From Octopus sinensis (lineage: Eukaryota), in the NCBI RefSeq assembly GCF_006345805.1, contig NC_042999.1, forward strand, positions 12,028,001 to 12,092,000: a DNA stretch of 64,000 bases. Direction: 5' to 3'. The first letter of the stretch is position 1, and each line of letters opens with the position of its first letter. Under the pieces are notes generated by a model. That model made no database searches. It saw nothing but the letters and a program-made list of their open reading frames with translations, and was not told the DNA's origin. The translations under genes and the position numbers were made by a program. Of this stretch, positions 24,632 to 37,367 are shown piece by piece.

Positions 24632-26129
24632 CTGAAATAAGGAGAATTATTGATTAATCAGTTTGATCAGAAGAGCCAATAAATGGCGACAGTAGGGAGC
24701 AGAAAATAAATAAATAATAATAATAATAATAAAGGATTGAAGATAACTGAGAGTAAGAGAGATTAGATATGGGGTAAGGTTTGGATGTGAAATAGGGGTG
24801 GTTTGAATAAAGGTTATACATGCTTTCACAATATATCACACTGACAATATGTTTTCAATTAAGCTAATCTGCATTATCTTCTCTTTTAGGATTAACCCCT
24901 TTGATTTGAACTTTGTCGTCAATTGGTAGCAACTTTTCTAATAACCATTAAACAAAACAATAAAACAAACAAAACATTGATATTTCTGTTTCGAAAACAA
25001 TTACATAAGCTTTGGCAATCCATAACATTACAGAAATGAACCAGTTCGTTGCAAATAAATACAGAAATAAATATAGCCAGGAACATAAATAATTCTCATA
25101 AGGTGCCAGTGAAGAAAAAAAAAAGGAAAAAGAGGGTGATATTGAATGTCAGACTTCAGAAGGTAGAAAAAGGAAGAATATAAAAGAGTGAGTCATGAAT
25201 CTGTCAGACCAGAAGCCAGGGAGGAAAGGGAGCCAATCTTCACGGTTGACTCGTTAGCAAGAAATGGCTCTTTGTTAGCCATTTTAGCTTTGACAGTTTG
25301 ACACAGGATAGACATTGACTCCCTATTGTAACATTTAGCTTCTAATAATTAAGAAAAATTCTAAAATATATAATAGGAGGCGGGTAAGAGCATCAGTGAT
25401 AACCTTTAGTAGCACCCACTTTCCCAGGTTTGTATCAGGCAAATTGAATTTCAAAAACCAGATTTTCTACAGCCAGGATGTCCTTCCTGTTGCCAACACT
25501 CATTTCTATTCCATGCAATATTTTCCCAAGCCTGGATACAAAGGACATGCTCTTAAAATGGTGACAATTGTTTGTGGCTCTTACACAAAGGCAAGGGGAC
25601 ACAAACACCCACCGCACATATAAGATGGGCTTCCACACAAGTTCCCATCAACCAAATCCACCCAAAACCTAAAACTATAGCAGAAGACACTTGCCCAAGG
25701 TGCCATGCAGTGGAACTGAGATTAGATGAAACAAGTTCTTACCTATCTTAATCATACACCTAATTACTTCTGATTCGAAAGTAATTAAGAATTCATACAC
25801 TGATTACAGGTAATATTGTCTGAACCAATCCAAGCCACAACGAACGGATGATAATGCATCCATCATTTTAGATTTTACTCTTTGGGGACATATTCATGTG
25901 ATGTAAGAACATCACAGTTCACCTTGGCTGGTCCTCTGTGTGGGTGTGTGGGGCAATGTAATTGACTGAACCCTTGAAAACGATTACAATCCAATCACGG
26001 GGGGGGGGGGGAGACTCTACAGGAAAAGCTGCAAAAATGTTACTTTTTGTAAACCTCATATTCTTATTTCTATCTCCTGTTGAGCTTCTTACTCTACAGA
26101 TTTACCCCCCCCCCATCTTATACGACCAA

Positions 26130-26780
26130 TTTTGTCTCTCTCCTTGGTGCCATCTTTCCATATCACCCACCTGGCATTCTCAGTATCATCCCATACCACC
26201 ACATCTCAGATCAGCCAACACCCCCCCACCACCTACCTGTGTTCACTCTCTATTCCCTCCTATCTCCACCCACCCCCTTTATCCTCCTGCTTTTCACTTC
26301 CTCCTCCCTGACCGCTCCTATTTTCTTCACCCCTCCCCTGTTTGCTGTTCTGGGCATCACCTCTAGCCCCACCCCCATTCCTTCTATCCATCCGGCACTG
26401 TTCCTCAATCCTCACCCCCTTCACTCTCGGTCCCTTGTACCCTCAGGGTAGACCTTGACACCTCACCACTATCTTCTCTCCTCTTCCAGCTGGGGCAGCC
26501 ATCTATCTCCTACCCCTCTATCATACACCTGGCATAAGCCATCCCCTGCAATCGGGGCTCATCTTGTCTTGCAAGCCACTCCTCGGCACCCTTGCTTGTG
26601 CCAGTCACATGTAAAGCACCAAGTACACACTGCAAAGCAGTTGGTGTTGGGGGGGGGTCAAGACACAGAAACCCCAACCAAAAACAGATCCTTGCAGTTT
26701 GAAACAGTCGTCTGACCTTTTCGATCCCTGTCAAACCATCCAACCCCAACAAGGTGTGGATTGTAGGAGCTAAATGAGGA
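26130..26780 (+). mobile_element. Non-coding RTE-derived element (pyrimidine-rich head + degenerate RTE tail)
   Basis: Shares CTGGGGCA.CC, ACACCTG and TGTCTTG motifs with 3425-4110; tail CAAACCATCCAACCC. Confidence 0.45.
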
Positions 26781-26879
26781 TTAGCAATCATAGCATGCAT
26801 TCATCCATCTTTACCTGTAATATATGTCTCAGTGTTACCTGTTGTTGTATATAATTGTATATGAAAGAGAGAGAGAAAC

Positions 26880-27065
26880 ATAAGGTGGCAGTGAGCTGGC
26901 AGAAACCATAGCATGCTGGGCAAAATGTTCTGAGTTCAAATTCAGCAAAGACCAACTTTGCCTGTTATCCTTTTGAGGTCAATAAAATAAGTAGCAGTTA
27001 AGCACTGGAGTCACTGGACTCCTGTCGAAAGCTGCTGGCCTTGTGCCAAAACTTGAAACCAGTAA
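26880..27065 (+). mobile_element. SINE (family 2)
   Basis: GGCAGTGAGCTGGCAGAA...TTCTGAGTTCAAATT...ATAAAATAAGTA. Related copies near 960, 12000(-), 13560(-), 32470, 34280, 41440-41720(-), 42590, 43340-43740(-), 55320. Confidence 0.7.
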
Positions 27066-27310
27066 TTAAGGCGAATGTGTGTGTGTGTGTGTGGTGTGTG
27101 TTGTGGATGCACACATAAGAAAATATGAACAATGTGAAGATGAAAACAGAATACCATTAGTTTGTTTGTGAAGTTACAATCCATTTTAGGAGATGCAATC
27201 AGGTGGGGCTTTATTCATTATTTGTCCAGCTCTCTCTCTCTCTCTCTCTTCCATGTCAAATTCTAAATTGTACACACACAGATACCACTGTGTGAGAAAA
27301 AACATCCATG

Positions 27311-27349
<39 letters not shown>

Positions 27350-27621
27350 GTGCAGTGAATAACTGTGACCACTCCAAACACCATGTTGTTGATTGGATAT
27401 TTGATTTTTAACACCCTGAAATGTTTCTATTGGAGCATCCGGCATGAATGTCAAGCTGTACAGCTTGTCATTTCCAAATTTCTGGCAGAGTGAATTGCAT
27501 CTTGGTGCTGTTTTTCTCACAGACGGTGCCCAACTGACCCTACTATACTGTACAATCGACAAAATAAAAAAATGTGCAAAATTAAAAATATAAAATGGCA
27601 ACAATTTACCCATTGCACCCC

Positions 27622-27652
<31 letters not shown>

Positions 27653-28074
27653 TATATATATATATACCTACATCATATATGCATATATATGCATACATAC
27701 ACACTACCATATGTGAATATATGCAGAAACAAAGACACACACACACAAACATAAAGGAGAACAGCTAAGCAGCTTCTTAATTTCTTTGCTCTCTCTCTCT
27801 CTCTCTCTCTCTCTTTCTGCTGATATCAAGAATAGGTAACTAAGAATACTTGAATAAGCATTCAAAGAGCTGCTGCTGTTGTTGTTGTTGTTGTGTCCTG
27901 AGATTATACATGGCTGAAGTATCATCACCTTGACAACAAATTACAGTTAATGGAAAACTCTCTTTGCAAATAATAATATTGTGTTGTTGCAGGTATTATT
28001 GTCAGCAATATGAATGATCCAGGTAACAATGGAGCTGACCAGGTAGAAAATAACCGAGTTTATTGCAGTGCAGC

Positions 28075-28106
<32 letters not shown>

Positions 28107-28226
28107 AGTGAAAAGGGGGTGGGGTGGTGGCTGTGAGTGTCATACTACTTTCTTCAGAGATAACGGAGAGAGAGAAAGAATATAGAAATACACACACACA
28201 CACAGAAATAGATATATATATATATA

Positions 28227-29785
28227 TCTGGTAGTGTCGGCTATAGCATAGTCACCCGTATAGTTAACCAGGTGATACACGAAGGAGTCATACCCAATGA
28301 CTGGTGTAGCAGCATAATAGTCAACTGCTACAAAGGTAAAGGTGATGCCCTAGATACAAATAACTACAGGGGCATCAAGCTGTTGGATCAGGTAATGAAG
28401 GTTACGGAGAGGGTTATAGCCCAGTTAATTAGAGAGAGAGTTAGCTTAGATGATATGCAGTTTGGGTTCGTGCCAGGGAAAAGTACTACTGATGCTATAT
28501 TCCTGGTAAGACAGCTGCAGGAGAAATACCTAGCCAAAGGTAAGCCCTTGTACCTGGCTTTTGTTGACTTAGAGAAAGCCTTTGACAGGGTCCCCCGATC
28601 CCTTATTTGGTGGTCAATGAGGAAACTAGGGATAGATGAATGGTTAGTGAGAGCTGTGCGAGCCATGTACAGAGATGCAGCTAGTAAGGTGAGGGTTGGC
28701 AACGAGTACAGTGAAGAATTCCGGGTAGAGGTTGGGGTCCACCAAGGTTCAGTCCTCAGCCCCCTCCTATTTATCATAGTCCTCCAGGCAATAACGGAAG
28801 AATTTAAGACAGGATGCCCCTGGGAGCTCCTTATGTTGATGACCTTGCTCTAATTGCTGAGTCACTATCAGAACTGGAGGAGAAGTTTCAGGTGTGGAAA
28901 CAAGGATTAGAATCGAAGGGCCTTAGAATCAACCTAGCCAAAACCAAAGTCCTAATAAGTAGGAAGGTGGACCAACCACAAACGACTTCAGGTAGATGGC
29001 CCTGCTCGATCTGTAAAAAAGGTGTAGGTAGAAACTCTATAAGGTGCACCAAGTGTAAGCTATGGACACATAAGAGGTGCAGCAATGTCAAAGGAAGGCT
29101 AACTAAGAAAATAGTTTTTGTCTGTGGCAGATGCTCAGGAGAAATAAACACTGGAAATGTGCAGAGACCAACTTCTACCACGTTCCAGGGAGACAAACTA
29201 GAAGTAGTTGATAGCTTCCGCTACCTAGGAGACCAAGTCAGTAGCGGGGGTGGGTGTGCTGAAAGTGTAACTGCTAGAGTAAGAATAGCCTGGGCAAAGT
29301 TTAGAGAGCTCTTACCCCTGCTGGTGACAAAAGGCCTCTCGCTAAGAGTAAAAGGCAGACTATATGATGCGTGTGTATGTACAGCCATGCTACATGGTAG
29401 TGAAACATGGGCCGTGACAGCTGAGGATATGCGTAAGCTTGCAAGAAATGAAGCCAGTATGCTCCGATGGATGTGTAATGTCAGTGTTCATAATCGTCAG
29501 AGTGTAAGTACTTTGAGAGAAAAGTTGAACCTAAGAAGTGTCAGTTGTGGTGTGCAAGAGAGACGGCTGCGCTGGTATGGTCATGTGACGAGAATGGCTG
29601 AAGATAGTTGTGTGCAAAAGTGCTACACCCTAGCAGTTGAGGGAACCTGTGGAAGAGGTAGACCCAGGAAAACCTGGGACGAGGTGGTGAAGCACGACCT
29701 TCGAACTTTAGGTCTCACCAAGGAAATGACTGAAGACCGAGTCCTATGGAAGTGTGCTGTGCATGAGAGGACCCGGCAGGACTAG
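28227..29785 (+). pseudogene. RTE reverse transcriptase (partial; one frameshift)
   Basis: NYRGIKLL, QFGFVPGKST, FVDLEKAFDRV, GVHQGSVLSPLLF, FRYLG. A 1-bp deletion at about 28831; YADD reads YVDD. Confidence 0.93.
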
Positions 29786-31660
29786 TCAGGCCATATCCCG
29801 TGGCCCCTACCTGGGACATAGTCGATCCACCTGTGCATACCTTCCTTCTTGTGACACTTGTGAAGACCTGCTGAGGCAAGTGAAAATCAATCAAAATAGA
29901 TGAACATCAATGGAATTTGTATCTTTGTGGTACCAGTGCCTGTGGTACCAGTGCCTGTGGCACACAAGAAAACCATCCGAACGTGGCCGTAGCCAGTACC
30001 GCATCGACTGGCCTCCGTGCTGTGGGAACATAGTGGCACATAAAAACACCATCCGAAGACCCGGCAAGACTAGTCAGATCATAACCCGTGGGCCCTACCT
30101 GGGACGTAGTCAGTCCACCTGTACATACCTTCCTTCTTGTGACACTTGTGAAGACCTGTTGAGGCAAGTGAAAATCAAAACAAATCAAAATAGATGAACA
30201 TCAATGGAATTTGTATCTTTGTGGTACCAGTGCCGGTGGCACACAAGAGAAAACCATCCGAAAGTGGCCGTAGCCAGTACCGCATCGACTGGCCTCCGTG
30301 CTGTGGGCACATGACAAACACCATCCGATCGTGGCCGTTCGCCAGCCTCATCTAGCACCTGTGTCGGTGGCACATAAAAACACCATCCGAAGACCCAGCA
30401 AGACTAGTCAGGCCATAACCCATGGCCCCTACCTGGGACGTAGTCAGTCCACCTGTGCATACCTTCCTTCTTGTGACACTTGGGAAGACCTGTTGAGGCA
30501 AGTGAAAATCAAAATCAAAACAAATCAAAATAGATGAACATCAATGGAATCTGTATCTTTGTGGTACCAGTGCCGGTGGCACACACTTTGTGGTACCAGT
30601 GCCGGTGGCACACAAAAGAACCATCCGAACGTGGCCGTAGCCAGTTCCGCATCGACCGGCCTCCGTGCTGTGGGCACGTAACAAACACCATCCGATCATG
30701 GCCGTTCGCCAGCCTCATCTGGCACCTGTGTCGGTGGCACATAAAAACACCTTCCGAAGACCCGGCAAGACTAGTCAGTCCACCTGTGCATACCTTCCGT
30801 CTTGTGACACTTGTGAAGACCGGTTGAGGCAAGTGAAAATCAAATCAAATCAAAATAGACAAAATAGATGAACATCAATGGAATTTGTATCTTGTGGTAC
30901 CAGTGCCTGTGGCACACAAGAAATCCATCAGTGCTGTAGTCAGTGCGGTGGGCACATGACAAACACCATTCGATCGTGGCCGTTCGCCAGGCTCATCTAG
31001 CACCTGTGTCGGTGGCACATAAAAACACCATCGAAGACCCGGCAAGACTAGTCAGCCATAACCCATGGCCCCTACCTGGGACGTAGTCAGTCCACCTGTG
31101 CATACCTTCCTTCTTGTGACACTTGTGAAGACCTGTTGAGGCAAGTGAAAATCAAAACAAATCAAAATAGATGAACATCAATGGAATTTGTATCTTTGTG
31201 GTACCAGTTCCGGTGGCACGTGGCACACAAGAAAACCATCCGAACGTGGCCGTAGCCAGTACCGCATCGACTGGCCTCCGTGCTGTGGGCACGTAACAAG
31301 CACCATCCGATCGTGGCCGTTTGCCAGCCTCATCTGGCACCTGTGTCGGTGGCACATAAAAACACCATCCGAGCGTGGCCGTCTGCCAGCCTCGTCTGGC
31401 ACCTGTGTCGGTGGCACATAAAAAAACACCATCCGAGCGTGGCCGTTTGCCAGCCTCGTCTGGCACCTGTGTCAGTGGCACATAAAATCACCCACTACAC
31501 TCTCGGAGTGGTTGGCGTTAGGAAGGGCATCCAGCTGTAGAAACACTGCCAGATCTGACTGGACTGGTGCAGCTTTCGGGCTCCCCAGACCCCAGTTGAA
31601 CCGTCCAACCCATGCTAGCATGGAAAGCGGACGTTAAATGATGATGATGATGATGATGAT
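28227..31660 (+). mobile_element. Young 5'-truncated RTE LINE with a 1.9-kb arrayed 3' UTR and (GAT)n tail
   Basis: RT coding 28227-29785, modular UTR 29786-31637, tail to 31660. Confidence 0.95.
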
Positions 31661-32698
31661 ATACATACTCACAGATACTTATGTGAAAGAAGACAAGAGA
31701 GAGAGATGGAGAGAATGGATTTGTGTGAAAGCTGTGTTTACAAGAGGGTGCTGTGCATGTGTATTTTGGTTTTCAAACAAGCCAGAAATGTGTGTGTGTG
31801 TGTTTACAAAGTGAATACATGTAGTTTAAGCCTTGTTTACACAGCTCCAGTGAAGCTAAAGCAACAGAGGACAGCACATAAGAAGAAGACACAGGCAGAC
31901 CTGGTTCAACGTAATGCTTACAGTCAAGAAAAAGAAATATCACTTCCGTTCTCATCATCATCATCATCATCATTTCCTTTTGAAGAAATTATTGCTTTAC
32001 AAGCCAGGGACAGTAAGGGTTGTGCAGCGGAAATGGAAAAACAATAGCAATTTTAAGAAAACTTTTGTTCAGCTCCCTTCCCCTGCCAGCCCACTACTCT
32101 CACCCCTTCCACCCAGGAATGAAGTAAGCAGAAAGCATCAAAACACCTAAAAAGAAAGTCTGTAAAACATTCTTTTCAAATTATGAAACTGGTTTTTCAT
32201 TTGATTTTCGATTATTTTTTTTTCTTTCTTTCTCTTTTGATTATTGTTAAAAATAGACTTTTGTTGATTTTTAATTAACCAAAGAATTGGCTAAATCAGC
32301 TCAGAAACTACATTGAAAGAAAAAGGGGGTAGAAAACTGAAATTAGGGGTCTGGGTTAAATTTACTTTGGAATTGTTTAGTACAAGAGCAGAACCCTACA
32401 CTTATACTCTTTTTATGTTAGCTTACTATACTCATCTAAGAAAAACTTAATATGTCCATTATTTAGGATGGCAAGCTGACAAAATTGTTAGTCTGCTGGA
32501 CAAGATGCTGAGTGGTACTTCATCCATCCTCATGGTCTGAGTTCAAATTCTGCCAAGGTTGATTTTGCTTTTCATTCTTTTGGGGGCTGATGAAATAAGT
32601 ACCTGTTGTACATTGGGGGTCAATGTAATTGACTAACTACCTTCTGCAAAGTTTCAGGATTTATGCCCAGAGTAGAAAGGATTATTATTATTATTTTT

Positions 32699-34290
32699 AT
32701 GGAAAAAGCTTTTGACAGGGTCCCCCGATCCCTTATCTGGTGGTCAATGTGGAAACCAGGAATAGATGAGTGGTTAGCAAGAGATGTACAAGAATTCTGG
32801 TAGGGGTAGGGGTCAACCAAGGATCAGTCCTTAGCACCCTCTTATTCGTCATAGTCCCCCAGGCAATAACAGGATGCCCCTGGGAGCTTCTCTATGCTGA
32901 TGACCTTGCTCTAATAGCCGAGTCATTATCAGAACTAGAGAAGTTTCAGGTATGGAAGCAAGGTCTAGAATTGAAGGGCCTTAGGAAGGCAGACAAATCA
33001 CAAATCCCTTCAGGCAGATGGATTAGAATCGAAGGGCCTTAGAATTAACCTAGCTAAAACCAAAGTCCTAAGTAGGAAGGCAGACAAACCACAAATCCCT
33101 TCAGGTAGATGGCCCTGCTCAATCTGTAGTAGAGGCGTAGGTAGAAGCTCCATAAGATGTACCCGATGTAAGCTTTGGACACATAAGAGGTGCAGCAATA
33201 TCAAAGGAAAGCTAACTAGGAAGATAGTTCTTGTGTGTGGAAAATGCACAGGCAATAAACACTAAAACTGTGCAGAGAACAGCTTCTGTCACATTCCAGG
33301 GGGAAAAACTACAAGCAGTTGATAGCTTCTGTTACCTAGGTGACCAAGTCAGTAGTGAGGGTGGATGGTCTGAGTGTAGCTGCTAGAATAAGAATAGCCT
33401 GGGCAAGATTTAAAGACTTCCTACCACTGCTGGTGACAAAGGGCCTCTCACTCAGTGTAAAAGGTAGACTGTATGATGCATGTGTACGAACAGCCATGCT
33501 ATATGGCAGTGAAACATGGGCTGTGACTGCTGAGGATATGCGTAAGCTCACAAGGAATGAAGCCAGTATGCTCCGATGGATGTGTAATGTCAGTGTTCAT
33601 ACTTGACAAGAGTGTAAGTGCCCTGAGAGAAAAGTTGGACATAAGAAGCATCAGATGTGGTGTGCAAGAGAGACGACTGTGCTGGTATGGTCATGTGTTG
33701 TGTATGGATGAAGACAGCTGTGTAAAAAAGTGACACATTCTAGCAGTGGAGTGAACCTGTGGAAGAGGTAGGCCCAGGAAGACCTGGGATGTGGTGGTGA
33801 AGCACGACCTTTGAATGTTGGGCTTCACCGAGGCAATGATAAGTGACCGAGACCTTTTGAAATATGCTGTGCTTGAGAAGACCTGGCAAGCCAAGTGAGA
33901 CCAGAAGCCGTGGCCTATACCAGTGCAGCATAACTGGCCCAACTAAGAGTACCCTTCAATCATTGGGCAATAAACTGCATTTGCGAAGACCTGTGAAGTC
34001 ATTGTTGTGGCCGATGACAGTACCACCTGATTGGCACCCGTGCTGGTGGCACATAGAAAGCACCATTCAAGTTTGATCATTGCCAGTGATGCGTGGATGG
34101 CTCCCGTGCCAGTGGCACGTAAAAACCACCCACTATCCTCTCTCTGAGTTGTTGGTGATAGGAAGGGCATCCAGCTGTAGAAACCTTCCCAGATCAGACT
34201 GGAGCCTGGTGCAACCTTCCGGCTTATCAGTCCTCAGTCAAACCATCCAACCCATGCCAGCATGGAAAGCTGACATTAAACAATGATGAA
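32699..34290 (+). mobile_element. Older RTE LINE fragment (RT C-half with deletions, a short internal duplication, and 3' UTR)
   Basis: EKAFDRVP, GCPWELLYADD, RLYDACVRTAMLYGSETW; many indels. Confidence 0.88.
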
Positions 34291-37121
34291 GAAGGCAAAA
34301 TCCTTAGCCTGTAGGACAAAATGCTTGGAGATGTATTTCTCCCAGCTTTATATTCTGAGTTCCAATTCTGCTGAAGTCAACTTAGACATCTGATCCTTTC
34401 AAGGACAATAGAATATGTACCAGCTGAGCACGGGGGTGGGGTGGGGGTGATTCCGTTGACCAATTTATGGTTCTTTCCTGCTAATGTGTCTGTGTTGATT
34501 TCAAAGATTATTTTACATCTTGGTGCAGGCATTGTTATGCAGTTCAGTTTGCATCCTAACCACTTTGGCAAATGTCTTCTACTCTAGCTCCAGACCAACC
34601 AAAGCTTTGCGAGTGGATTTAGTAGGTGGAGACTGTGTGGAAGCCTGATGTACGAGTTGTCCTGTTTTGACATGACGTAGAAAAACAAGCGTCATTATTA
34701 TTACAAGTAGTGTTGTTTGTTTTGAATCTTCTGTGGAAATGTGCAGGGGCCTGGTTTGTGGTTTAATCTCTATGTGGAAGTTCAGCAGTTGGCCATCCAT
34801 GCCAGTCTCTCCTCTTTTCATATCACCACATCTAGGCACCAACAACTTCTGTCATCACATGCATTATCAGAATACAAAATCTGGAACAGATACCCACAAG
34901 CCATCTCCTCACACACCCCACCCACCCTTCTCTTCTTTTTTTTCACTCATCTTGAAAGAAATAAAAGCAAAGGTGCCGTGAGTGAAGCTTGAACTCAGAG
35001 ACTACAGAGTTGGAACAAATGCTGTAACGCATTCTACCTGATGCCCTTCCACTAATTACTGTGTGGACTTGAATCACCAACAGGGTACCCTATATGACAA
35101 CTAGTAAAAAATACACCACTGCCCCCTATTTTTGATTCTGTAAGCTGTCTACCACATCCATGGTTACGTAGAAACCCATTTTCATCTTTGTAGAGCATAG
35201 AACAATTAAAACATTCCAAATCAGCCCACCACCATCTTGCAACCTACCCAACCAGACCATTTCCCCTCTTGTCCTCCTGTCTATTGTAACATTACTTCTT
35301 CTTCACTTCCTTTGAACTCCCAGTGATTTCCTGATTCCACTGCCACCCTAACCCTGTCTCGGTGCATGACCAGTATTTCATTTTATTGGTCCTGTTACAA
35401 TGGAGAAGCAAAGTTGAAGCCAGAACTGGACGAATCAAAAGAAATGCTGCTCAGCATTTCTGCCCAAAGGGTTTTCACAATTTTGCTGAGCTTGCTGCCT
35501 TAATCTTCCACTTTCCAATGCTTGCATCGGTCAAACAGCATTTCTAGGGTCAGATGCCCTTCCTGCAGCCAGACATATTTTCCGTGGAAGACTGGGAATG
35601 AATAACATTACTTGTATGATGATGATGATGATATATAATAGGCTTCCTTTAGTTTCCATTTACCAAATCCAACGACAAGGGATCCCGCCTGGGGCTACAG
35701 TAGAAGACACCACCCCAAAGTGCTGTACAAATAAGTAAATCAGTGACAGTCACAAGACTTAACAACAGAATGATTCACAGAGTCAACGTCTGATCAATAC
35801 TGATCAAGCCATGGCCATCCATAAACTGTGTGTGTGATTTGTTTCCGCCAATAAGCAGCAATTATTTCATCCTTTACTACATCACTCGGCTGATTTTGTT
35901 TAGTCAAGCAGAAATGCCTGTGACATGTTGACTTAATAAACACATTGATTCTACAGACTAAAGATCTTCAGTCAACGAACAAACGAAGAAACTGAAACAT
36001 GTTTGGTCCCTGCCACCCACCACCCTTTTTTAATTCTGATCCATTAAAGATCATTGACTAACGAAGTAAATGATTCTAAACAACAAAGATGATGTCAGTC
36101 TTAAAACTTGTCTCCATAATAGCCAGGGACTTCATAAGCAACAAATGTATCTTTGATCAGTTCAGAATCTCTCACACTTGGCTTTTAGCTAAGTGGCTTT
36201 TAGCTAAGAAAAAGGTGTTTCAATGCACATCAACAACTGAATATGCAAGGAAGAAATATTGTGCTGTATAAACATAGATATGAGCTCGTTATCCGAGTTA
36301 ATTTGGTTAATTTAAATTAACTGCCAGTGATATATTTTTTTTAAATATGCTAATTTTCTATTCTGGTACAATATTGTACATCTACTTTCTCATCACTAAA
36401 AGACGTATGCTGTGGAGTGGGGGGGGGGGTGCTGCCGCTTTACCCTGGGGGGCTAGCAATAGCAAAACATGGCCCAAGTTGTCTTACCCCACCAGCTGAA
36501 AGGATTAAAATATATTAGTCAGACATCTAATTTTGTCTATTCTTCAGCAGTTACGTGTTTCTAGTTAGATTTTTAATGCTTACTGCATCAAGTTTGTTGA
36601 ACTTAACTATTGTTTCTTCATGTTGATCATGCCTGAGTAAAATACCTTCAATGATTGTAGTTCCTTTGCAGAGAGAGTGGAATCATATACCTTGCTCAAG
36701 AACACAATGCAATGACTGATGTAAGATTTCAACTTACAGCATCACCATAGTTAAGATTTTAACTAATAGCCATGTGTTCTTTACTGAGTGCCTCAAGTGA
36801 CCAACACATTGAAAGAATTGGAGAGCTGAGAGAGCAAGTCTTGCAGGTTTCTGGGGAAACGGCTCCATCCATGCCATAATTCAGATCAAACACTGAACCT
36901 AATAACTTCCCCTTTGTTATTCCCAACTATATTTTTTTTAAACCTGGTACTTATTCTATCGGTCTCTTTTGCTGAACTGCTAAGTTATGGGGGACATAAA
37001 CACACAAACGTATTTCCCTTGGGCATTGTGATGCTAGCCTGGTGTGTAACTCGCTCTGTGTATGCTTTTGAATGAAGTCAAAGACAGAGCAGTAACAAGA
37101 GACGACACAGGAATAAATATG

Positions 37122-37367
37122 ATTAGCTCACAACTGTCTCCCCCTGTAGGCTGTGGTGGACTCAGTTGAGTAAGACCTCTTCTTCCAGTTAAACCAGAGC
37201 CTCAGACATGAAGTGGAATTCATTGGGGGAAAAGAACTGCATTTATAAATGTATTTCTTTTCCCCAAATAAATTACACTTCATGTTTGAAGCTCTGGTGA
37301 AACTGTAAGGTGTAACCCAGGCACTGAGTCCACCACAACTTTATAGGGGAAACAGCTGTAAGCTAAT
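37122..37367. repeat. About 246-bp loopless imperfect palindrome (probable old fold-back MITE)
   Basis: Centred on ATTTA|TAAAT at 37245/37246; arms pair throughout. Confidence 0.85.

Noticed and set aside
24615-24634. miR-92-like seed AATTGCAC
   Set aside because: Antisense of the parvin coding exon; no convincing precursor hairpin.
26815-26838. 24-nt exon-like GNTETYIT resembling parvin GNTE
   Set aside because: Exon order is impossible without three intervening exons that I could not find.
27415-27539. Open minus-strand exon-like segment
   Set aside because: Weak splice sites and no recognisable homology.
29855-29885. Hammerhead-like TGAAGA-CCT/AGG-...GAAA in the RTE UTR module
   Set aside because: Five extra bases separate the stem from GAAA, and there is no stem I or III; a simple CACTTG/CAAGTG hairpin explains it.
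29907-31540. Many 70-150-aa ORFs in the RTE arrays (also 18-19, 44 and 50-52 kb)
   Set aside because: GC-rich tandem UTR sequence downstream of the RT stop; frames are not preserved between copies.
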